Below are positions 28,695 to 39,367 of a stretch of DNA of 64,000 bases, in pieces (within the stretch, counting starts at the first letter, position 1; every line of letters starts with the position of its first letter). Under the pieces are notes generated by a model. It had not been told where the DNA came from. It made no database searches and saw only the letters and a program-made list of their open reading frames with translations. The position numbers and the translations under genes were made by a program. Source of the stretch: an uncultured candidate division Zixibacteria bacterium. Its GTDB lineage: Bacteria; Zixibacteria; MSB-5A5; GN15; FEB-12. The stretch is from contig CAWDXE010000004.1 in the NCBI GenBank assembly GCA_963806185.1, positions 64,001 to 128,000 on the forward strand, in the 5' to 3' direction.

Positions 28695-30782
28695 GTGCCC
28701 GAGCTACGTCTATCAACACCGGTACAATTTCTCCCCGGCGTCGGCCCCAAAAAGGCCGCCGTCCTGGGCGAACACGGCTTGCTCACCGTTCGTGACCTGC
28801 TCGGCTATTTTCCCCGCTCATACTTGGACCGCACCAACGTCGTCCCGATCAACCGCCTGCGCGTCAACACGACCGCTACCATAATCGGCACAGTCATGGC
28901 CCACGGCATGCTCTTCGGGAAACGCCGCTGGTATGAGGTCATTCTTCAGGACGATTCCGGCGCCCTGACGCTCACTTGGTTCGCCGGCCTTCGCTTTTAT
29001 GAAAAGATGTTCAAGAAGGGACAGATTTTTGCCGCCACCGGCACGGTCACCTTCTTCAACAGCCTGCAGATGATCCACCCCGATCTCGAACGACTCGAGG
29101 ACAACTCCGACAAGATGATACACGCCGGGCGGATCATCCCGGTCTATCCGCAAACCGCCGACCTCATCAAGATCGGGCTCAACAGCAAATGGATGCGCCG
29201 CCTCACCACTGTCGCCGTTGAGAATCTCAACGAGCAATTCGAGGAACCACTCCCGGCGAACGAACTATCGCGCTACGCTCTCAATCCTATGCACGAATCG
29301 ATCGTGCATATCCACTACCCGGAATCGCGAGAACAGATCGAACAGTGCCGCCGTCGTATTGCCTTCGATGAATTGCTGAACCTCCAGTTCTATGTCCACC
29401 GCAACAAAGGGCGCAAGGCCGGCACAGTCAAAAAGCACAGCTACAAGGCGCCGGGCGAAAAGCTCACGGCCCTCAAGCACAACCTGCCCTTCACGCTCAC
29501 TGATGAACAGAAGAAGGTCGTCCGCGAAATCGTGGCCGACCTCCAGAAGCCGCGCCCCATGTCCCGTCTTCTGCACGGCGATGTCGGCTGTGGTAAGACG
29601 GTCGTTGCCGTCCTCGCCGCCGCCTATGCCGCTGAAAACAATTTGCAATGCGCCTTTATGGCCCCAACGGAAATCCTCGCCGAACAGCATTACCGCAATT
29701 GGGCCGAACCGCTTGCCGCCGTCGGGATCTCCTCGGCGTTGCTTACTTCCACGGTCAAGGGGGCCCAAAAGAAAGCGATCGCCAAGGCCGCCGGCGACGG
29801 CGACACGCAAATCCTCTTCGGCACCCACGCCCTGATTTACGATTATGTCACCTTCGCCAAACTCGGCCTCATCATTATCGACGAACAGCACCGCTTCGGC
29901 GTCGAACAACGTGGCCGCCTCTTTGCCAAGGGGGAGAGCCCCGATCTCCTTGTCATGACTGCCACACCCATTCCGCGCACGCTCGCCCTTACTCTCTACG
30001 GCGATCTTGATATCTCCGCCATCGAGAAACTCCCCCCCGGACGCAAACCGATCCGCACCGTCTGGCGCGGGGAAGACGCCATCGCCAGAGTCTATCAGTA
30101 CATTCGCGACGAAGTCAAAAAGGGCGCCCAGGCGTACATCATCTATCCGCTGATCGAGAAATCGGAACAGTCTGAGCTGAAGAATGTGGAGGACGCCTAC
30201 GCCGAACTGACCGCCGGCCCGTTCAAAGATATCCGCGTCGGCCTCGTGCATGGGCGCATCAAAGCGAAGGATCGCGATCAGATTCTGCTCGCTTTCCGCA
30301 ACGGTGATCTCGACGTGCTCTTGTCGACCACTGTCATCGAGGTCGGCATTGACAACCCCAACGCCACGATCATGCTGGTGGAACATGCCGAACGATTCGG
30401 TCTCGCCCAGCTTCACCAGCTTCGTGGTCGGGTCGGAAGAGGGGAGAAGCAGTCCACGGTCATTGCCCTTGCCTACGAACCGGTCTCCGATATCGCCAAA
30501 GAGCGTCTGCAAATGCTCACCGAATGCGGCGACGGATTCCAGATCGCCGAGGCTGACCTGATGCTTCGCGGTCCCGGGGAGATTTTCGGTCTCCGGCAGT
30601 CAGGCCTGCCTGATCTGCGAGCGGCCAATTTCAGAACCGATAAGGACCTCCTCGAAGGCGCTCGAACCGTCACCGACAAACTCTTCGCCGAACACGGGCA
30701 TCTTGACCAGAGCTATCAGGTATTGTATACCTACTTGGAGCAATCCGCCGATCGCCGCGACGTCAACCTCGGCGGCGGCTGA
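28695..30782 (+). CDS. recG: ATP-dependent DNA helicase RecG
   Basis: GDVGCGKT, DEQHRFGV, MTATPIPRTL, QLHQLRGRVGRG, RGPGE. Confidence 0.97.
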   Translation: MPELRLSTPVQFLPGVGPKKAAVLGEHGLLTVRDLLGYFPRSYLDRTNVVPINRLRVNTTATIIGTVMAHGMLFGKRRWYEVILQDDSGALTLTWFAGLRFYEKMFKKGQIFAATGTVTFFNSLQMIHPDLERLEDNSDKMIHAGRIIPVYPQTADLIKIGLNSKWMRRLTTVAVENLNEQFEEPLPANELSRYALNPMHESIVHIHYPESREQIEQCRRRIAFDELLNLQFYVHRNKGRKAGTVKKHSYKAPGEKLTALKHNLPFTLTDEQKKVVREIVADLQKPRPMSRLLHGDVGCGKTVVAVLAAAYAAENNLQCAFMAPTEILAEQHYRNWAEPLAAVGISSALLTSTVKGAQKKAIAKAAGDGDTQILFGTHALIYDYVTFAKLGLIIIDEQHRFGVEQRGRLFAKGESPDLLVMTATPIPRTLALTLYGDLDISAIEKLPPGRKPIRTVWRGEDAIARVYQYIRDEVKKGAQAYIIYPLIEKSEQSELKNVEDAYAELTAGPFKDIRVGLVHGRIKAKDRDQILLAFRNGDLDVLLSTTVIEVGIDNPNATIMLVEHAERFGLAQLHQLRGRVGRGEKQSTVIALAYEPVSDIAKERLQMLTECGDGFQIAEADLMLRGPGEIFGLRQSGLPDLRAANFRTDKDLLEGARTVTDKLFAEHGHLDQSYQVLYTYLEQSADRRDVNLGGG

Positions 30783-30807
30783 GTTGTTTTCAGTAAAGGA
30801 GATCACC

Positions 30808-31113
30808 GTGGCCGAAAAAGAAACTGTCGACACCCTCTTCTATCAAATGGTCCTCTCTCTGCATGGCGCCGCCATGATGTACATGGGTAAATATGCCTCT
30901 CCGGCGTCAGGTCAGATCGAACGCGATTTGACCGCTTCGAAGCAAAGCATCGACATGCTCGAAATGCTCCAGCGCAAAACCGTCGGCAATGTCTCCGATG
31001 AGGAAAAGCGGATGCTCGATCACCTGCTTTACGAACTTCGCCTGAATTATGTCGACGAATTGAAAAAGGGCGATCCCTCTGCCGACAGCAAACCGACCGG
31101 GGCCGAGAACTAG
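30808..31113 (+). CDS. DUF1844-like protein
   Basis: GTG start after AAGGAG; SKQSIDMLEMLQRKTVGN...LLYELRLNYV pattern. Confidence 0.8.
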   Translation: MAEKETVDTLFYQMVLSLHGAAMMYMGKYASPASGQIERDLTASKQSIDMLEMLQRKTVGNVSDEEKRMLDHLLYELRLNYVDELKKGDPSADSKPTGAEN

Positions 31114-31281
31114 GATCAATTTCCGGCTCATTCCTTCCGATACAATAGCTGAGGCTATCGTCGTCTGTCCGTGCCCCCTCAAGGTATAATCATTGGGCGA
31201 AATTACCCCTCAGGGGAACGCGACGGTAGACGTAAAATGTCTTGATTTTAATCGACTTAGGCCTATATTCTTGAAGTACAA

Positions 31282-32223
31282 ATGACGGAACAGACCACTG
31301 CTCAACTCATCCCGATGTCTACCCTCCTGACGGTCTTTGGACCTGACCTTGAATTCTCGCGGGAGCTTGCATCGCTGACCAGTTTTGGCACCGGCGGCCG
31401 GGCCCGCTATTTCATTTCCTGCAGTTCTGCCGACGAAATAGCCCGCGCCATTGCGGGAGCCAAACGCCTGGATATACCCTTCTTTCTCATCGGTGGTGGG
31501 TCGAATTTGCTGGTCGCAGACTCCGGTTACGACGGTTTGATCATTAAGGTCGAAGTTCACGGAATGAAAGTCCTGCCCGACAGCACAATCGACTGCGGTG
31601 CCGGCGAGGACCTGATGGCCCTGGTAAATTTCTCCACGGAGAACTCCCTGGCGGGGATGGAATTCGCCGCCGGCATTTGGGGAACGGTGGGAGGAGCAGT
31701 GTACGGCAACGCCGGCGCTTTTGGCGGTGAAATCGGTCAGGTCCTGACGGAAGCTATAATCGTCACCCACGACGGCATCATCAAGGTCGTTCCGGCGGAA
31801 TACTGCCGCTTTGCCTACCGCGATTCTTACTTGAAGAAAACGCACGAAGTGGTTGTGTCCATTAAGCTTCGCCTCAAGCCTGGAAAGCGGGAGGAGATTG
31901 CCCAACGGGTCCAGGACATCCTTGCCCAACGCGAGGAAAAGCACCCTACCCGCAATACCGCCGGTTGCTTCTTCAAGAATATCCTCGATCCGAAGGAGAA
32001 ATACGGCAAGCTCCCCGCCGGGCGACTGCTCGAGGAGATCGGTGCTAAACAGCTCCAGATCGGCGGGGCAAGGGTCTTTGAACGCCACGCCAATATCATC
32101 GTCAATACCGGAAACGCTACCTCGGCCGATATTCGCCGCCTTGCCGACTTGATGAAACAGAAGGTATTTGATAAATTCGGCATAGTTCTCGAAGAAGAAG
32201 TACAGCAACTTGGTCGATTCTAA
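31282..32223 (+). CDS. murB: UDP-N-acetylenolpyruvoylglucosamine reductase
   Basis: GGGSNLL, GIWGTVGGAVYGNAGAFG, YRDS, AGCFFKN, HANIIVN, LEEEV. Confidence 0.96.
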   Translation: MTEQTTAQLIPMSTLLTVFGPDLEFSRELASLTSFGTGGRARYFISCSSADEIARAIAGAKRLDIPFFLIGGGSNLLVADSGYDGLIIKVEVHGMKVLPDSTIDCGAGEDLMALVNFSTENSLAGMEFAAGIWGTVGGAVYGNAGAFGGEIGQVLTEAIIVTHDGIIKVVPAEYCRFAYRDSYLKKTHEVVVSIKLRLKPGKREEIAQRVQDILAQREEKHPTRNTAGCFFKNILDPKEKYGKLPAGRLLEEIGAKQLQIGGARVFERHANIIVNTGNATSADIRRLADLMKQKVFDKFGIVLEEEVQQLGRF

Positions 32224-32284
32224 GAAGGAGGATCCCTATCGATTCGTAGCTAAAGATTAAACAGGATTCGACAGCGTAGGCTTC

Positions 32285-35200
32285 GTGAACATTCGCTTTC
32301 TAACTTTACGCGTCATCAGCATGCTGGCCCTGCTCTGGGTGTGGCCTGTTGGCGTATGTTATTCCGCCGGCATAGGCTTCCAGGCTCGCTTGACTGACCC
32401 GCCTGCGGTCGTCTCCTTCTTTGATGCTCCCAATGATCGCTTCTCCGCGGCCATGTCTCCCCAGTCTTATCCGCGACTCTCTAATATCCTCAAATATCAG
32501 CCGGAGTTGTACAGCACCAGTTTCGATCGCAGCGAATTCGGCTTCCGCGTCGCCTACTCGCCCAACAAGTATCTGGTCCCGATCGCCGTCGATGCCGACC
32601 AGTTCATGAACTTTCGCCTCACCGCCTACGAGCGCGAACGCCGGGGCGATATCATGTCCAAATCACTCATCGCCGCCCAGCGCGAGAAAAGAAAGTCCGG
32701 CCTCCAGATCGGTATCGGGCTACCCAAACGGCTCGACCGCATCTTTGGCGAGGGAGGCGGCAATCTTAAAGTGAGCGGCTACCGCCGTATCTCTTTCTCC
32801 GGACGATCGCAGTGGAGCGACGCCGCCAATTCCGATCTGCTCCGCCAAAACAAATTCCCGACCCTGAATATGGAGCAAACCTCCCGTTTCGAAATTACCG
32901 GCACTATCGGCTCCAAGATCTCCGTCAAGGTCGCTCAGGATAGTCAGACCGATATCCCGCTGGCCAACCGGATTCAGATCCGCTACAAGGGGGATGACGA
33001 CGACGTCCTCAAGACCATCGAGGCCGGCAATACGACGCTGTCGCTCTCCGGCGCTCGCTTTGTTGGCTACTCCAGCCGCATCCAGGGACTGTTCGGCCTG
33101 CGGGCCGAGGCACAGGTCGGCAATCTAAAACTGACCGCTATCGCCTCTCAGGAGAAAGGCTCCTCGGAGCGGGCAACCATCAACGCTGCGGGCGAAGAAA
33201 ATGCCAATATCATCCGCGATTACAACTACGTCGACGGACGCATTTTCGACCTCGGCTACCCGGCCGATTCGCTGGGCGGCGGAGCTTTGGCCGATTTCAA
33301 TCGCAAGGACTCGGTCGTGAAGTTGATCGTCTACGAAAAAGACACCCAGGACAGCGTCGCGAACCCCTATTGCCGAACGTCTATCGACCCCAACAACGAA
33401 TCGCTTTTCAACACCTACAAGGATGAAGGTCGGTTTCGCCTTGTTCCTCAGGACGCGTACGACATCTATCAGGACACCAGCCGCGGTATTCACGCCGTCT
33501 ACTTCCGCTCCGCTCGTACCTATGCTCTTGGCGCATGGTACGTCGTCCGAAAGTGGGATTCCACAACACTGTCATATGCCAGAACCTATGACACCGTCGG
33601 CGACCTGAATCCCAATGGTGCCTCCGATGCCGTACCCAAGAAGCTCAAACAACTGCGCGCTATCAATCCCATCCCCACGTCGCCGTCTTGGTGGCTCATG
33701 TGGCGCAACCTCTATTCTATCCCCAAGGATGCCCGCGTCGAGGACCTGAATATTGACGTCTACAGGGGTCTGGCGGGCAGCGAGGGCACGACCAACAGTG
33801 TCAACTATCAAACCGAGGGAGACACCCAGCGGAATTACCTCGAGATTTTCGGCCTCGATCAATACAATCGCTCCGATCTTCGCATCCCCGACCGGATTGT
33901 CGATGAACTGGACCAGGTCTATCGGCCCGATTGGGGGCTCATTATCTTTCCCAACCGCCTGCCCTTTGCTTCTGACACGACCTTTGCACTTGCCGGCGGG
34001 AACACGACGCCCGCATTGACCGAAAAGGTTCCGCTGATCTACAATGGCTCCTCATCAACGGCCAGAAGCGGCGCCAGTAAGTACTACGTACGCTATTCCA
34101 GCAGCTCCCGAAGCTCCATCATTCGCCTCAACCGGACAAACATCATCGAGGGATCGGAAAGAGTCACGCTCAACGGTACCCTGCTCACGAAGGACACCGA
34201 TTACCGTATCAGCTACGACCTCGGCCAGGTAACCATGCTGACCGATGCCGCCCTCGATCCGAACGCCGATATCAACGTCGAATTCGAATATGCTCCCTTC
34301 CTCAGCCTGCAGAAGAAAACCCTGCTCGGCATGCGTGCCGAATACGAATGGTCCAAGAATCTCCGGTTTGGCAGTACGATCCTCTACAAGTCCGACAAGG
34401 CACAGGAGCGCAAACCGCGCGTCGGCCAGGAAACGGCCACCGCCACCGTGCTCGATTTCGACATGAGCTTCAACCTCTATCCGAATTTCATCACTAAAGC
34501 ACTCAACGCCCTGCCGCTCATCAGCACGGAAACCCCCTCCTCGATCACCGTGGCGGCTGAAATTGCCCAGTCGCACCCCAATCCCAATATCGACGGCCGC
34601 GCCTTTGTCGACGATTTCGAATCCACCGTCGAAAATATGAGTCTCGGTAATTCCCGCACCCGCTGGACTATGTCGTCGATCCCGCGCCAGCTCAAGGCGT
34701 CCGGCAAACCCTATCAGCGCGGTGCTCTGCTCTGGCATAACCCGCCGCAAATCGCCTGGCAGGACGTGTATCGAAGTGAAAAGAAAGTCGGCGAAGGAAA
34801 CATTGCCTACCTGCGCATGATCTTCGTACCCCGCCCGACGAAAATCTCCCTCGACAGTACCGGCGGAACCGTCACCACCTCTACCAAATCGTGGGCTGGT
34901 GTAATGCAATATTTTGGCAACCGGGTTGACGAAAAGCGCGTCCGCCTGTTTGAGGTCCGACTCAACACCCCCAAGGGCGCCAAGGGCAGACTTCACTTTG
35001 ATTTCGGCCGCATCAACGAGGATATCAACGACAACGACAAAGCCGATACCGAGGACAAAGACTTCAATGGTGCCGCCACCGCCGAAGAAGATGTCGGCCT
35101 TGATGGTCTGCCCGACTCCCTGGAGACAGACCAACTGGGTCAGAAAAGAACTGCCGAAAATCCCGATCCGAGCGGCGACGATTGGTGGTACGACGGTTCG

Positions 35201-38200
35201 CCGACCACGAATCCGCCCGCGCCGGCCTCATTGCTGGGCGACCCGAATTACGTGTCGAGAGTGAATGATGTCAACAACCCCCTCCACTACGCCTGGATCA
35301 ACGGTACCGAGGGGAACCGGAGCGATCCCAGTGTCCAGGGATACCCTGACGAAGAACGCCTTACCAGCAGTCTTCAGCAGATCGACGCCTATTATTCATT
35401 CGAAGTCAATCTTGACACCTCGCGCTTCCTCGTGCCCAATTCCGATTTTAACGGCTGGCGTACGTACCAGATTCCGGTTCGCGATTCCGCGTCGATCGAC
35501 ACCACCGTCGTCTCCGATGCCAGTCTGAAACCGTCCTGGAGCGAGATCAGTCACGTCCGCGTCTGGTTCGAGGCGGATTCCACGGAGACCGACACCGTCT
35601 GGGTCGATATCGCCAACTGGGGATTTATTCAAACCAATTGGCAGGATTCGCTCATCGTCACTCCGGCCAACCGGCTCAATCTGACGCAGTCGGAATTTCA
35701 CGTCTCGTCCATCAGCGAGGACGAAAACGAAACCTTCCGCAATTCCAATCCACCCGGCGAGCAGTATGTCGACAAGTCCACCAATATCACCGAGCCCCGC
35801 CGTGCTCTGGCCATGGTCTATTCCGCGCTGAACCCCGGTGATACCGGCATGGTGGTCAAGGAACTGATTTCCGTGGAACAGTACTCCGGCTATCGGCGCA
35901 TGGAAATGTACGTCTACGGCTCACCCAACACGGCCACCGACTCGGTCATGATGTTCTTCCGGCTCGGCCGCGATTCGGTAAACTTCTACGAATTCCACAC
36001 GCGCCTCCATCCCGGCTGGGACACCCGCAACTACGTCAATATCGACTTCAACGAGATCACCGAGCTCAAGGACGCCGGGATCCGCGCGCTCGATTCGGGC
36101 GTGGCCACCAGCAGACTCGACACCTCCTCCGACAAGTACCGCGTCCGCGGCGCACCCAATATCAATCAGATCAAGTTCTTCGCCTGCGGCATCGTCAACA
36201 AAGACTCCCTGCCGATCACCACCGGCGAGGTATGGATCGACGAACAGCGGGTTACCGAGGTACGCAAGGACGTCGGCACGGCTGCCCGCGTCGATATCTC
36301 CAGCCGCCTGGCCGATATCGGGACAGTCAGCTTCAGCTACGAATCAACCGATCCGTATTTCCGCGGTCTTTCGGCGACAACTCGCGGCGGCTCGTCCAAT
36401 AACCTCGGCAGCGGCTCCAGCAACACGACGATGAGTTATGGCTTTACGACGTCGTTGGAGAAGTTCATCCCCAAGTCCTGGGGAGCTGCCCTGCCGATAA
36501 ACTATCGCTACACCAAAACCGAACAGAAACCGCTCCTCAGAACCGGTACCGATATCGTCCTGGCCGCCGACATCCGCGCAGCGGAGATGACAACGTCGAC
36601 TTCTCAAACCCTTTCTACCTCCGCCTCATTCAGTAAAAAGACCAGCAATCCGCTTTATTCGGTGCTGCTTAACCGACAGAGAACCTCGTTCTCCTACAGT
36701 CGCAGCCGGCGGACCTCCGTCCTTAATCCCAAATCATTCTCCGAGAATATCAGCGTTCGGAGCGATTATGAAATGGGTATCAAGAGCTTCCCGCGCCTGC
36801 CGATCTTCTTCTGGACGAAGTCCATTCCGTACCTCAATCGGACCAGCAAGTCGACCCTTGGCCTCTATCCCGACCAATGGCACTGGAACGCCAACTTCAG
36901 CCGCACTATCTCGATTTCGGAAAACAAGGACAAGAGCCTTTCCACCTCTCTGCGTCGTGATTTTGACGGCAGTATGAACCTCTCCCAGAAGGTCTTCGAG
37001 AATCTTCAGACCGGATTCAGTTACTCGACCCGTCGCGATCTTACTGACCCCGATCTCGTCAGTCTCAGTTTCAAGGATTTCAAACTCGGCCTGGAGACGA
37101 ATTTCAGCCAGTCCTTCCGAGGTACCTGGGACCCCAAACTGCTGAATTGGTTTACCACCTCGCTGTCCTACAACGGCAGCTACAGCGACGTGTGGGATCG
37201 CTCCACCAAGACGCGCCGTTCCGACATGCAGCGCAGTTGGTCCGTCAGCGGCCAGTTCCGCCATCTCGGCTTGCTCGGAGGGGATCGCAAATCCTCTTCG
37301 AATACCGGCATGCGGCCGGCTCCGGTGCCCGCCGCCAAAGCGAAAGATGCCCCGCCCAAGCCCGGTGAGCCTGAGGCTAAACCGGAAAAGCCAAAACCGA
37401 AACCGAAACCAAGCGGTCCGCCGTTCTACGATCCGCCGCTCAAAGTGATGCGCTGGGCAACCGGATGGGTCAACCCGTTTACCTACAAATACAACCGCGC
37501 GTTCACCAATTCCGTCCCCGGCCTGCTCGAACGCCCGTCCATGATGTACCGCCTCGGTTTCCGCGATGACCCAAACGTTCTGCGCGGCGGCGAAAATCGA
37601 TCGCCCAACTCCGGCGAGTCTTTCGGCTACGAGCTTGGCTCCGGATTCAAATTCCTCGGCGGATTCATTACCGACGTCAAATATCGTCACGACGTCACCC
37701 GCGATCTCATCGTCGTTGGTACCCGCTCGGAACAACGATCCACCTCCTGGCCGGACCTTGCCATCCGCATCCAGCAGTTTACCTCACTGCCCCTGTTCAG
37801 GAAGCAGATTAACGGCTTCATCCGCGTCTTTTCGCCGCGCACCGGGTATAGCCGACAGGTGAAAGAGGATGTCAACTTGGAAACCGCCTACTTTTCCACG
37901 CGCAGCGAGTCGATCAATCGCAATCCGCTGCTCGGGCTCAATTTCATCCTCGCCCGGAATCTCTCCATGTCCGGGTCGTATAGCCTGCAGAAAACCGTCA
38001 ACGAGAAGTACAATTACTCAACGGGTGGGCTCGAGACGGAGACCCGGACGACCAACAAGACGATTGCCGCCACTGCCAAATACTCCTTCTCCGCACCGGG
38101 CGGCATCTCCATTCCTCTCTTCGGCAAAATGCGCTTCACGTCTACGATGTCGATTGATGTTGCCGTGCGATACAACCTCAGCAAGAGCGACAGTCGCACC

Positions 38201-38386
38201 GGCGCCGGTGCCTGGGCGTTGGTCAATGATAAGTCCGACTTATCCATCGCTCCGGTGATCTCATACGTCTTCAGTCAGCAGATTACCGGCGGCCTCACCG
38301 CTCGTTGGCAGGATTCCAACGACAACAAGATCGACAAGAAAAATCACGTCCGCGAACTCCAGATTTGGACTGAAATCAAATTCTGA
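32285..38386 (+). CDS. sprA: SprA-like giant outer membrane protein (T9SS translocon homolog)
   Basis: 2033 aa; GTIGSKISV, YKGDDDDVLKTIEAGN, GLFGLRAEAQVGNL, WWLMWRNLYS, VDDFE, GRINED, WRTYQIP, VWIDE; terminal Phe. Confidence 0.85.
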   Translation: MNIRFLTLRVISMLALLWVWPVGVCYSAGIGFQARLTDPPAVVSFFDAPNDRFSAAMSPQSYPRLSNILKYQPELYSTSFDRSEFGFRVAYSPNKYLVPIAVDADQFMNFRLTAYERERRGDIMSKSLIAAQREKRKSGLQIGIGLPKRLDRIFGEGGGNLKVSGYRRISFSGRSQWSDAANSDLLRQNKFPTLNMEQTSRFEITGTIGSKISVKVAQDSQTDIPLANRIQIRYKGDDDDVLKTIEAGNTTLSLSGARFVGYSSRIQGLFGLRAEAQVGNLKLTAIASQEKGSSERATINAAGEENANIIRDYNYVDGRIFDLGYPADSLGGGALADFNRKDSVVKLIVYEKDTQDSVANPYCRTSIDPNNESLFNTYKDEGRFRLVPQDAYDIYQDTSRGIHAVYFRSARTYALGAWYVVRKWDSTTLSYARTYDTVGDLNPNGASDAVPKKLKQLRAINPIPTSPSWWLMWRNLYSIPKDARVEDLNIDVYRGLAGSEGTTNSVNYQTEGDTQRNYLEIFGLDQYNRSDLRIPDRIVDELDQVYRPDWGLIIFPNRLPFASDTTFALAGGNTTPALTEKVPLIYNGSSSTARSGASKYYVRYSSSSRSSIIRLNRTNIIEGSERVTLNGTLLTKDTDYRISYDLGQVTMLTDAALDPNADINVEFEYAPFLSLQKKTLLGMRAEYEWSKNLRFGSTILYKSDKAQERKPRVGQETATATVLDFDMSFNLYPNFITKALNALPLISTETPSSITVAAEIAQSHPNPNIDGRAFVDDFESTVENMSLGNSRTRWTMSSIPRQLKASGKPYQRGALLWHNPPQIAWQDVYRSEKKVGEGNIAYLRMIFVPRPTKISLDSTGGTVTTSTKSWAGVMQYFGNRVDEKRVRLFEVRLNTPKGAKGRLHFDFGRINEDINDNDKADTEDKDFNGAATAEEDVGLDGLPDSLETDQLGQKRTAENPDPSGDDWWYDGSPTTNPPAPASLLGDPNYVSRVNDVNNPLHYAWINGTEGNRSDPSVQGYPDEERLTSSLQQIDAYYSFEVNLDTSRFLVPNSDFNGWRTYQIPVRDSASIDTTVVSDASLKPSWSEISHVRVWFEADSTETDTVWVDIANWGFIQTNWQDSLIVTPANRLNLTQSEFHVSSISEDENETFRNSNPPGEQYVDKSTNITEPRRALAMVYSALNPGDTGMVVKELISVEQYSGYRRMEMYVYGSPNTATDSVMMFFRLGRDSVNFYEFHTRLHPGWDTRNYVNIDFNEITELKDAGIRALDSGVATSRLDTSSDKYRVRGAPNINQIKFFACGIVNKDSLPITTGEVWIDEQRVTEVRKDVGTAARVDISSRLADIGTVSFSYESTDPYFRGLSATTRGGSSNNLGSGSSNTTMSYGFTTSLEKFIPKSWGAALPINYRYTKTEQKPLLRTGTDIVLAADIRAAEMTTSTSQTLSTSASFSKKTSNPLYSVLLNRQRTSFSYSRSRRTSVLNPKSFSENISVRSDYEMGIKSFPRLPIFFWTKSIPYLNRTSKSTLGLYPDQWHWNANFSRTISISENKDKSLSTSLRRDFDGSMNLSQKVFENLQTGFSYSTRRDLTDPDLVSLSFKDFKLGLETNFSQSFRGTWDPKLLNWFTTSLSYNGSYSDVWDRSTKTRRSDMQRSWSVSGQFRHLGLLGGDRKSSSNTGMRPAPVPAAKAKDAPPKPGEPEAKPEKPKPKPKPSGPPFYDPPLKVMRWATGWVNPFTYKYNRAFTNSVPGLLERPSMMYRLGFRDDPNVLRGGENRSPNSGESFGYELGSGFKFLGGFITDVKYRHDVTRDLIVVGTRSEQRSTSWPDLAIRIQQFTSLPLFRKQINGFIRVFSPRTGYSRQVKEDVNLETAYFSTRSESINRNPLLGLNFILARNLSMSGSYSLQKTVNEKYNYSTGGLETETRTTNKTIAATAKYSFSAPGGISIPLFGKMRFTSTMSIDVAVRYNLSKSDSRTGAGAWALVNDKSDLSIAPVISYVFSQQITGGLTARWQDSNDNKIDKKNHVRELQIWTEIKF

Positions 38387-38437
38387 TCAAGTCGCTTTTC
38401 GGTTGACACGTTCCTCGCGACACGGCTAATTTCAAAC

Positions 38438-39367
38438 ATGCTTCGTTCAGTTTGGTCGCTGTTGTGCCTCACCCTGCTTGTCAACGGGTGTGCCACCAGC
38501 GAAGTACAGCCTCCGCCTTTCGACGGCGCCAAAGCTTTTTCTTACCTGGAAAAGCAGGTTGCCTTCGGCCCCCGCGTTCCGGGCACTGCCGCCTGGCGTG
38601 ATTGCCGTCAATACTTCTACGACCACTTTTCCGCTCAGGGACTGGCGATCGATTCGCAAAGCTTCACGTTTTCCGATCCGTATTCGAAAACCGAAGTCCC
38701 TCTGGTCAATGTGATCGCCCGATTCCGTGGCGGCGCCGCCACCGACCTTCCCATCCTCCTCGTGGCCCACTGGGACTGTCGCCCGCGCGGCGAACAGTCG
38801 GCCGCCCTCGCCCATCGCGACAGCCCGATTCCGGGTGCCAACGACGGCGCCTCCGGATGCGCCGTGCTCATGGAACTCGCCACCCTCTGCAAACTGCAGC
38901 CGCCTCACAGCAATATCGATTTCGTCCTGGTCGACGGTGAGGATTGGGGGAAGAGCGGTGACATCGACTACTATTTACTTGGGTCAAAACACTTCGCATC
39001 AAAGGGGCTTCACGGCCAGTATCGTTTCGGGATCGTCCTCGATATGGTCGGCGATGCTCGCCAGGAAATCTACCGCGAGGTTTACTCCGAGCGTTTTAAC
39101 CCGCACCTCAATCAGATGGTCTGGGAAACCGCTGCCCGGCTCGGCATCCCAACCTTCGTCGATTCCGTTCGCCACGAAGTGATTGATGATCACCTTTCGC
39201 TCAACGTCGGTGGCGTGCCTGCCATTGACATTATCGATTTTGACTATCCCCATTGGCACACCGATATGGATATCCCGGCCAACTGCTCGGCGCCATCACT
39301 GGAAAACGTTGGGCGGGTCATCGCCCACATCATGTACAACCCAGCATTATGGCCGAAAAACAAATAA
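38438..39367 (+). CDS. M28 family peptidase / glutaminyl-cyclase-like lipoprotein
   Basis: Lipobox VNGC; FGPRVPG, AHWD, GANDGASG, DGEDWG, LDMVG, DDH, WHT. Confidence 0.9.
   Translation: MLRSVWSLLCLTLLVNGCATSEVQPPPFDGAKAFSYLEKQVAFGPRVPGTAAWRDCRQYFYDHFSAQGLAIDSQSFTFSDPYSKTEVPLVNVIARFRGGAATDLPILLVAHWDCRPRGEQSAALAHRDSPIPGANDGASGCAVLMELATLCKLQPPHSNIDFVLVDGEDWGKSGDIDYYLLGSKHFASKGLHGQYRFGIVLDMVGDARQEIYREVYSERFNPHLNQMVWETAARLGIPTFVDSVRHEVIDDHLSLNVGGVPAIDIIDFDYPHWHTDMDIPANCSAPSLENVGRVIAHIMYNPALWPKNK

Noticed and set aside
31190..31235. c-di-GMP-I riboswitch
   Set aside because: GGGCGAAA...GGGAACGC is only superficially similar; the P2/P3 architecture is not evident
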